Assembly (NCBI GenBank): GCA_001781175.1
Contig: MFKY01000034.1
Coordinates: 1-34,939, forward strand
Source of the DNA: Candidatus Kaiserbacteria bacterium RIFCSPHIGHO2_01_FULL_55_37
Lineage (GTDB): Bacteria; Patescibacteriota; Minisyncoccia; Phycocordibacterales; UBA2100
Length of the DNA: 34,939 nt
Reading direction: 5' to 3'
Part shown: positions 29,038 through 34,939 of the stretch, piece by piece
Position numbering within the stretch: position 1 is the first letter of the stretch
Layout: each line of letters opens with the position of its first letter
The notes under the pieces: generated by a model
The model's input: only the letters and a program-made list of their open reading frames with translations
What the model was told of the DNA's origin: nothing
Database searches by the model: none
Translations under genes and position numbers: made by a program

Positions 29038-30350
29038 TTTCGCGTGCGAACGTCGTTGCCGCGCTACTTAGCCTCGCGGTTTTCTCCGCGCTTTCACTGC
29101 AGGTGACTCCAGTACTCGCACAGAGTACCGATGACGCATCCCAGACAGCTAGCGAGCTGCAGCGGCAGATTGACGAGCAGAGCGCTCAGATAACACAGCT
29201 CGACAAAGAAATCGCACAATACCAAAAAGAGCTGGACGCCGTCGGCACCAAAAAGAAAACCCTCCAGAATGACCTAAACGAGCTGAATCTGCTCCTGAAG
29301 AAAAGCGCCGCCTCAATCAGTGCAACGCAAAAGAAAATAACCTCGACACAGCTGCAAATCAAGCAGCTCGCGAAGGGCATGGCGGTGAAGCAGGATTCTA
29401 TCGATACGGATGTCGCAGGGCTTGCGGAGTCGTTCCGGAAAGTGAATGAAGCGGATGCGACGTCGCTCGCCGTACGGATACTTGCTTCCGAAGACCTCGC
29501 GGCGACCTGGCGTGAAATGGACTCATATCAGACGCTCCAGTCCGCCATTACCGACCAGATAGCGAAGCTGGCAGCGGAAAAGCAATCGCTCGCCGAGATA
29601 AAAAAGAGGACCGAGGAAAAGCGGGCCGAACTGGTCGCTCAGCAGAACACTCTCGTCGCGCAGCAGGGTTCGTTGAACGCCCAAAAGAAAGCCCAGAACG
29701 AACTTCTGGCGCAGACGAAATCCCAGGAATCGACGTACCAAGCGCTCCTCGCACAGAAGGTGGCCGGAAAGGCAGCTTTCGAAGCCGCACTCAACGACCT
29801 CAAGGCTCAATACCTCCAGGCGGTGGACCCGTCGCAAATCCTCGCGGCCAAAAAAGGCGTGCTCCGTTGGCCGCTCGACAAGATACGGATAACCCAAACC
29901 TTCGGGCAATCCTCTTTTGCTCTAAGCGGCGCCTACAACGGCAAAGGCCACAACGGCATTGACCTGGGCGCGCCCATCGGCACACCGGTCAAGGCGGCCC
30001 TCACTGGGACCGTGTGGGCTACGGGAAATACCGACCTCTATAAAGGCTGCTATTCGGCGGGCAAGTGGATAATGATAAAGCACTCGAACGGCCTCTCGAC
30101 GCTCTACGGGCATCTTTCACAGATTTCCGTGGTGCAAGGTCAGAGCGTGTCGGGCGGTCAAATAATCGGCAACGTCGGGGCGACCGGCTACGCCACCGGG
30201 CCGCATCTGCACCTCAGCGTCTACGTAACCTCCGTCACCAAAATCATGACCTTCGGTGAGGCTACGAACAGAACATCCGCCTGCTCGCGGGCAACCATTC
30301 CCATCACTCCTCCGGCCGGGTTCCTCAACCCGATAGCGTACCTTCCTTAA
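29034..30350 (+). CDS. Secreted coiled-coil M23 peptidase (EnvC-like architecture, Zn motifs intact)
   Basis: Signal peptide, long coiled coil, HNGID (HxxxD), YGHL, TGPHLH (HxH). Confidence 0.92.
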   Translation: MISRANVVAALLSLAVFSALSLQVTPVLAQSTDDASQTASELQRQIDEQSAQITQLDKEIAQYQKELDAVGTKKKTLQNDLNELNLLLKKSAASISATQKKITSTQLQIKQLAKGMAVKQDSIDTDVAGLAESFRKVNEADATSLAVRILASEDLAATWREMDSYQTLQSAITDQIAKLAAEKQSLAEIKKRTEEKRAELVAQQNTLVAQQGSLNAQKKAQNELLAQTKSQESTYQALLAQKVAGKAAFEAALNDLKAQYLQAVDPSQILAAKKGVLRWPLDKIRITQTFGQSSFALSGAYNGKGHNGIDLGAPIGTPVKAALTGTVWATGNTDLYKGCYSAGKWIMIKHSNGLSTLYGHLSQISVVQGQSVSGGQIIGNVGATGYATGPHLHLSVYVTSVTKIMTFGEATNRTSACSRATIPITPPAGFLNPIAYLP

Positions 30351-30979
30351 CGCCTCTTCCACTCCTCGATTTCCAAGGCACGCAATTCTATTTTTGATGC
30401 GGGCCGAAGCGTGCGCATAGATTTTTTCGGGGCAAGAGGGGAGTGGCGGGAGTCATCGAGCACATCGACGAGCCATACGAGGTCTCCTTCCTCCGTCACC
30501 CAGCGCTCCGGGGCAAACCGCCGGAGGTCATACGGCTTCGAATACGCGAGCATGGATTTCCGGCCGTTTTCCAACACGTATTCATGCGCGTACGACATCG
30601 CGAGCTCACGCACGGTCCGGTATATCGGGTCGCGGTAACGGAGAATCGCGTGATTGGTCTTGCTGATGGCACCCCACAGTCCGTTCTCCTTAAAAAGCGC
30701 CACGACATGGTCCTCATCACTCGGCAGCGTCTGGAGGTCCAACAAAAGCGGCCGCTGCCCGTGGTACGCAAAAGCCGCTGCGGCCAAAAGCGCCCCCTCG
30801 AAACAATGCGCCGTGCGCTCCCTCAAAAGCCGCCGCGGCGACATGTACGTCTCGCCGCGCAGCTCGAAATTAATCGGAAGCTTGTCCAGAAAATCCTGGA
30901 TCTTTTTTGCCGTCGTGAGTTTAGCAAAAATCTTACGCTCAGAAGGGGAGAGTGCCGCCCGGATTCTCTCCTTATACAT
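30347..30979 (-). CDS. Conserved hypothetical protein, possible transglutaminase-like Cys-His fold
   Basis: AHCFEGAL...DHVVALF...WGAISK. Start placed at MYKERI, 6 nt after TATACT. Confidence 0.75.
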   Translation of the reverse strand: MYKERIRAALSPSERKIFAKLTTAKKIQDFLDKLPINFELRGETYMSPRRLLRERTAHCFEGALLAAAAFAYHGQRPLLLDLQTLPSDEDHVVALFKENGLWGAISKTNHAILRYRDPIYRTVRELAMSYAHEYVLENGRKSMLAYSKPYDLRRFAPERWVTEEGDLVWLVDVLDDSRHSPLAPKKSMRTLRPASKIELRALEIEEWKRR

Positions 30980-31020
30980 AGGCACAGTATACAAGAGGCC
31001 GTACCGCGGGGATAAGTGCA

Positions 31021-31050
31021 TTGACGGGTGAACCGTAGTTCACTTATACT
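31021..31050 (+). promoter_or_regulatory. lexA promoter with an SOS box between -35 and -10
   Basis: TTGACG-N18-TATACT. The palindrome GTGAAC-CGTA-GTTCAC at 31028-31043 matches the GAAC-N4-GTTC LexA box type. Confidence 0.8.
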
Positions 31051-31060
31051 GTACGGATGT

Positions 31061-31167
31061 ACCCCGTTAGAAGTCTTTCAACCGTTCCTGTTGCGCAACG
31101 CGATTGCGAAGGCTTTCACTCGCTTATTCAGTAGCACCATTTCTATGTCAGAAACTTCTAACGGGGT
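31061..31167. mobile_element. Start-codon insertion element, copy 4 (107 bp) at the lexA start
   Basis: Perfect 14-bp TIR ACCCCGTTAGAAGT/ACTTCTAACGGGGT with a GT duplication (31059-60, 31168-69). Removal restores ATG TAC GAG ACC. Confidence 0.85.
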
Positions 31168-31732
31168 GTACGAGACCTACAAAACCGCCGTCGTTTCTTT
31201 CTACAAGAAGCACCGCCGCATGCCCGGCTACAAAGAAATAATGCAGCTTACGGGATTCCGTTCCAAAAATGCCGTCTTCAAACTCATCGCGAAAATGGTG
31301 CAGGACGGCGTCGTTGTGAAAGACAAGAGCGGCCGCATCACACCGGGCAGACTGGCCGCGGGTGTCCGGTTGCTCGGCGTCGTTGAGGCGGGATTTCCTT
31401 CTGCGGCCGAGGAAGAGCTTCTGGACGTGATGGATTTCGACGAATACCTGGTGCCCAACAAAGAGTCCACCTACATTCTCAAGGTGAAGGGAGACTCGAT
31501 GATAGATGCGGGCATACATCCCGGCGATATGGTCATCGTCGAGCGCAAGGCCACGTACAAGCCGGGACAGATTGTCGTCGCGATGATAGACGGCGAGTAT
31601 ACGATGAAGTACCTGCGCAAAAAAGACGGCGAGCATTTTCTCGAGCCCGCCAACGCCAAATACAAGCCCATCTATCCGCGCGAATCGTTCCGTATCGAAG
31701 CGGTGGTTACCGCCGTCGTGCGCAAATACTAG
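31166..31732 (+). CDS. lexA: LexA-family repressor (S24 peptidase); alternative ATG at 31145
   Basis: N-terminal winged HTH (MPGYKEIM...GFRSKNAV), Ala-Gly cleavage site VEAGFP, catalytic Ser (GDSM) and Lys (TMK). Confidence 0.9.
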   Translation: MYETYKTAVVSFYKKHRRMPGYKEIMQLTGFRSKNAVFKLIAKMVQDGVVVKDKSGRITPGRLAAGVRLLGVVEAGFPSAAEEELLDVMDFDEYLVPNKESTYILKVKGDSMIDAGIHPGDMVIVERKATYKPGQIVVAMIDGEYTMKYLRKKDGEHFLEPANAKYKPIYPRESFRIEAVVTAVVRKY

Positions 31733-31733
31733 T

Positions 31734-33056
31734 ATGTGGGGCGCCTCCGGTTCGTTCCCGCGCGCGATTTTGCACGTGGACGGCGACTCTTTCTTCGCCT
31801 CCTGCGAGATCGCGAGAAATCCGAAGCTTCGCGGTAAGCCCGTCATTACGGGGCGCGAGCGCGGCATCGTCTCAGCGATGACATACGGCGTGAAGGCGCG
31901 CGGAGTGAAGCGCGGCATGATACTTTCGGAGGCGCGGAAAATCTGCCCCGATGCGGTCATCTTGCCGTCGGATTACGAGACGTACTCGCTCTTCTCGGAG
32001 CGTATGTATGAGATAGTCCGCCGCTACACCCCCACAGTGGAAGAGTACTCCATTGATGAATGCTTTGCCGACCTTACGGGACTGCGCCGCACGCTGCGCA
32101 TGGGTTACCAAGAAATGGCGGCCGCCATCAAAGGGGACCTGCAACGCGAGCTCGGCATCACTTTTTCGCTCGGGCTCTCCGCCACAAAGGTCTTGGCGAA
32201 GCTCGGCTCCAAATGGAAAAAGCCCGACGGACTTACCGCCATTCCTCTGCGGGATGCGCGCGCGTATCTGGCGAAAACAAAGACGGAGAGCGTCTGGGGT
32301 ATCGGCCACAACACCGCCGCGTATTTGCAAAAATTCGGCATAGAAACCGCGCTCCAATTCGCCGACCGCGATGAGGCGTGGGTGCGCAAAATGGTCTCCA
32401 AGCCCTATTTCGAGCTTTGGAAAGAGCTGAACGGGGAAGTCGTGCTGGAGCTGACCACAGAGCACAAATCCACCTACCGCTCCATACAAAAGACGAAGAC
32501 CTTCACGCCGCCTTCGAAGGACCGGGATTTCGTCTTTTCGCAGCTTTCCAAAAACGTCGAGAACGCATGTATCAAGGCGCGCAGGTGGAATCTCGCTACG
32601 ACCGAAATAGTATTTTTTCTCAAGACGCAGGATTTCCATTATCATGCCTGCGAAGTGAAGCTCTCCAATGCGACGAACGTCCCGCAGGACATCATGCGCG
32701 CGGTGTCGGAATATTTTGCTAAGACTTATCGCACAAACGTTTTGTATCGTACGACGGGAGTCACGCTGCTGAAGCTCCGCGACGCCGCCTCGGCCCAGCT
32801 CGACCTCTTCGGTGCGGCGACGAAAACTGAAGGGTTGCAGTACGTGTTCAAGAGTGTGGACGAACTTTGCGAGCGCTACGGCAAGCATGCCGTATTCCTC
32901 GGCTCGAGCTTCCATGCGATGACCCCGCAGGACAGCAAGCTGCCTACGGGGCAGGCCCACTTGCGCAACGAACCTCCTACTCGGCACAGAAATCTTTTCA
33001 AAGGAGAAAATTCCAGGCGACGACTGGGGCTCCCTATGCTCGGCGAAGTGTCGTAA
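31734..33056 (+). CDS. dinB: Y-family DNA polymerase (DinB/UmuC-like)
   Basis: ILHVDGDSFFASCE, YSIDE, KVLAKLGS..KKPDG, and clamp-binding motif QLDLF. Confidence 0.92.
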   Translation: MWGASGSFPRAILHVDGDSFFASCEIARNPKLRGKPVITGRERGIVSAMTYGVKARGVKRGMILSEARKICPDAVILPSDYETYSLFSERMYEIVRRYTPTVEEYSIDECFADLTGLRRTLRMGYQEMAAAIKGDLQRELGITFSLGLSATKVLAKLGSKWKKPDGLTAIPLRDARAYLAKTKTESVWGIGHNTAAYLQKFGIETALQFADRDEAWVRKMVSKPYFELWKELNGEVVLELTTEHKSTYRSIQKTKTFTPPSKDRDFVFSQLSKNVENACIKARRWNLATTEIVFFLKTQDFHYHACEVKLSNATNVPQDIMRAVSEYFAKTYRTNVLYRTTGVTLLKLRDAASAQLDLFGAATKTEGLQYVFKSVDELCERYGKHAVFLGSSFHAMTPQDSKLPTGQAHLRNEPPTRHRNLFKGENSRRRLGLPMLGEVS

Positions 33057-33114
33057 GGCAACGATGTGGACACGCCCACGGATTTCATATTAAATGCCGT
33101 TAGCCCTTGTACGT

Positions 33115-33294
33115 ATGGGCCAACCTGAAAGGACGGTGAGTCCGGCAACAGCAGTTGAATGGGGCCTCATTGCACTGGGTATTTTCATCGCAATCGTCGC
33201 AGTGATGAATGCGTTAACCTGCGACGGCACAAACGAGCTTGGCAAGATCTTTGGCGCCAAGCCCGCGGTTTGCCAAGACGTGGATGCCCGTTGA
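33115..33294 (+). CDS. Small TM protein resembling an Flp-type pilin; alternative start at 33094
   Basis: ATAVEWGLIALGIFIAIVAVM resembles the Flp motif (G)ATAIEYGLIA. Confidence 0.5.
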   Translation: MGQPERTVSPATAVEWGLIALGIFIAIVAVMNALTCDGTNELGKIFGAKPAVCQDVDAR

Positions 33295-33334
33295 ACAAGC
33301 GCGTCGCGCTTTCAAGGCCCCCAGATGAGAAGAA

Positions 33335-33375
33335 ATGTTTCCGCACCGCTTCGGACAGCGGTGCGGGACATCTTT
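33335..33375 (+). terminator. Strong hairpin, probable terminator
   Basis: CCGCACCGCT-TCGGAC-AGCGGTGCGG, with a short extension and TCTTT downstream. Confidence 0.6.
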
Positions 33376-33889
33376 ATATACAAAAGGAATGAAGTCCAAC
33401 TCCCCCGGATTTTGGGGATTTTAGCTCATAGGGGAGGTGGGTCGACGTAAAGCTTGACCGGATTCGGGAAAACGCCCGAGATGGGGTTTGGGGGAGCCGG
33501 CGGCCCGGCGAACGGTCCTGAGGCTGTTTTGACCTCGTATACGGGTCCAGGACGCGCGGGGATAGCAGCGGGCGTGGATTGGTGCGTGGCTGCGGCCGAC
33601 TCAGCCGGATGCCTTATTTGTACGTAGCTATACGTCGCAAAAGATATATTGTGCGACGTTGGAAATTATAGAACTCGGCTAGCCTAGACCACATTAGACC
33701 ACTGCCCTGTCAAGACTCATCGCCCAAAATTTTCTTGGAAGATTCTCCGGCTTGTTTCGTTTTGTGTCGTGCATCTGAAATATTTCCCCGCAGAAAATAC
33801 CCGGTAGTTATTTACCACTTCCCTGTTCGGGGTATTTTAGAGGAAAGCACCTTATGCCTGACCTACCCCCTATCCCCCCTTCTTCATCT

Positions 33890-34483
33890 CTATGCCTTCC
33901 AGGGTATCTCGAATTGTGCGAATTCGGGCAAGAGTTTTCTGCCGTAGAGCAGACGCGCGATGACTTCCGCGTGTGAGAGCGCGCCGGTGAGTGCGTTGTG
34001 CGGCGATGGCTCCTCGGGAATGCCGCAGTAGTTGAGGACCGCGTCGAGATTGAGCGCCGAGCGGTGGTACTTTACCGGCGGCTGCAGGCCTTTGTGTATC
34101 ATGTGCATAAAACACATCGTGTGCGTGTCGAGTGTGCGGTGCGCGAACGGCCAGTTGGTATGCCCGGCGCGCTCGGCGGCTTCTTTCAGAAAGTCGCGGT
34201 CGAACGATACGTTCTGTCCGGCAAATGTCCGCTCCTCCACGCCCTCGCTCCAATGCAGGAATGCGTGCGTGAGATCGGCCTCACTCGGCTTGCTTTGGTC
34301 CGTAACCTGCTCGCGGGTAAAGCCGTTCACCGCGAGCGCCTCATCCATGATGTGTGCGCCGTCCCACACTTTGCACTCCATATAGAAACGATTCGTAGGA
34401 TTCGCGAGGTCGAGTGCGCCAAGACTCACAATAGAGTGAATCTTCGGTTCCACGCCCGTTGCTTCGACATCGAGGACTATCAT
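33890..34483 (-). CDS. DEDDh 3'-5' exonuclease (DnaQ-like)
   Basis: ExoI VLDVEATG, ExoII GQNVSFD, ExoIII-like HNALTGA (the usual final Asp appears replaced by Gly). TACAAT lies 7 nt before the ATG. Confidence 0.88.
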   Translation of the reverse strand: MIVLDVEATGVEPKIHSIVSLGALDLANPTNRFYMECKVWDGAHIMDEALAVNGFTREQVTDQSKPSEADLTHAFLHWSEGVEERTFAGQNVSFDRDFLKEAAERAGHTNWPFAHRTLDTHTMCFMHMIHKGLQPPVKYHRSALNLDAVLNYCGIPEEPSPHNALTGALSHAEVIARLLYGRKLLPEFAQFEIPWKA

Positions 34484-34503
34484 GGGTGCTATTGTAGCGT
34501 GGA

Positions 34504-34872
34504 TTATTGCGGCGCCAAACCCTTGCATCCCTTGGCGGATGAGTACCCCGCCCTGCGGGCAGCTGCCTCACTTTCGAACCACACTTTACCGGCGGGGCTG
34601 ATCTTACCTGCACCGGTACACCACGGATAGTAGTAGACTGTGCCGCCCCGTGCCGCCACGAGGAGGCCACCGGGGGCTAACGCACTTGGTCTTGCATCCA
34701 TTGGGGCCTCAATGATAGAGACGAGCGGTTTAGCTTCTTCCAAGGCCGAAAGACGGCCGAGGCCAAAGGAGGCCAAGGTGACCAAAAAAATGATAACTAC
34801 GACACCCCACTCAGCTACCCATTGCCCGCCCAAAACCTTGATTTTTAGATACGATTCGTGTATATTCTGCAT
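34504..34872 (-). CDS. Membrane-anchored protein with an Ada-like metal-binding domain
   Basis: One TM helix, then YYYPWC...KI...VWF.S..AA..AGY...KGC. Confidence 0.75.
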   Translation of the reverse strand: MQNIHESYLKIKVLGGQWVAEWGVVVIIFLVTLASFGLGRLSALEEAKPLVSIIEAPMDARPSALAPGGLLVAARGGTVYYYPWCTGAGKISPAGKVWFESEAAARRAGYSSAKGCKGLAPQ

Positions 34873-34939
34873 GTTAGTTAATCATACAACGACAGCAATA
34901 TGGCACATACAAAAGCCGGGGGAACAGCGCATAACCTGA

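Noticed and set aside
31028-31144. ORF-track N-terminal extension of LexA from GTG 31028
   Set aside because: It starts inside the SOS box/promoter and runs through the inserted element, so it is unlikely to be translated.
5323-31167. TIR elements as a CRISPR array or simple terminators
   Set aside because: The copies are dispersed and inverted rather than tandem direct repeats, no cas genes are present, the loops exceed 50 nt, and there are no U-tracts.
33094-33106. ATGCCGTTAGCCC as a fifth start-codon element
   Set aside because: Only CCGTTAG matches; there is no partner TCTAACGGG downstream and no duplication.
33638-33654. NrdR box (AAAGATATATTGTG)
   Set aside because: Only a half match, present as a single copy, with no ribonucleotide reductase gene nearby.
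33660-33710. tRNA-like 5' half on the minus strand (GGGCAGTGGTCTAATGTGG)
   Set aside because: No anticodon arm, T-arm or matching acceptor stem could be built; the direct repeat explains the sequence better.

Overview
A gene-dense housekeeping region with standard genetic code 11. Gene content and style suggest a Patescibacteria/CPR (Parcubacteria-like) genome; this is an inference. Genes in order: 3' part of alaS, an FtsA/PilM-like plus baseplate-J-like pair, infA-rpmJ-rpsM-rpsK-rpsD-rpoA-rplQ-rplM-rpsI, grpE-dnaK-dnaJ, a SpeD-family decarboxylase with homospermidine synthase and a DMT transporter, an orphan sensor kinase, trpS-aspS-scpA-scpB, cell-wall genes (D,D-carboxypeptidase, mraY, ftsW, murG, M23 peptidase), gltX, a lexA-dinB cassette with an SOS box, and a DEDDh exonuclease. 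The main unexplained signal is four short (80-107 bp) insertions. Each has terminal inverted repeats (consensus RYCCCGTTAGA...TCTAAYGGGRT), sits exactly at a start codon (rpmJ, aspS, scpA, lexA), duplicates 2 bp, and rebuilds an ATG/GTG start at its right end. Other signals: a codon-aligned 30-bp double-hairpin insert in rplQ and dnaJ, a diverged second dnaK 3' end bounded by a 14-bp direct repeat, and widespread leaderless-type promoters.
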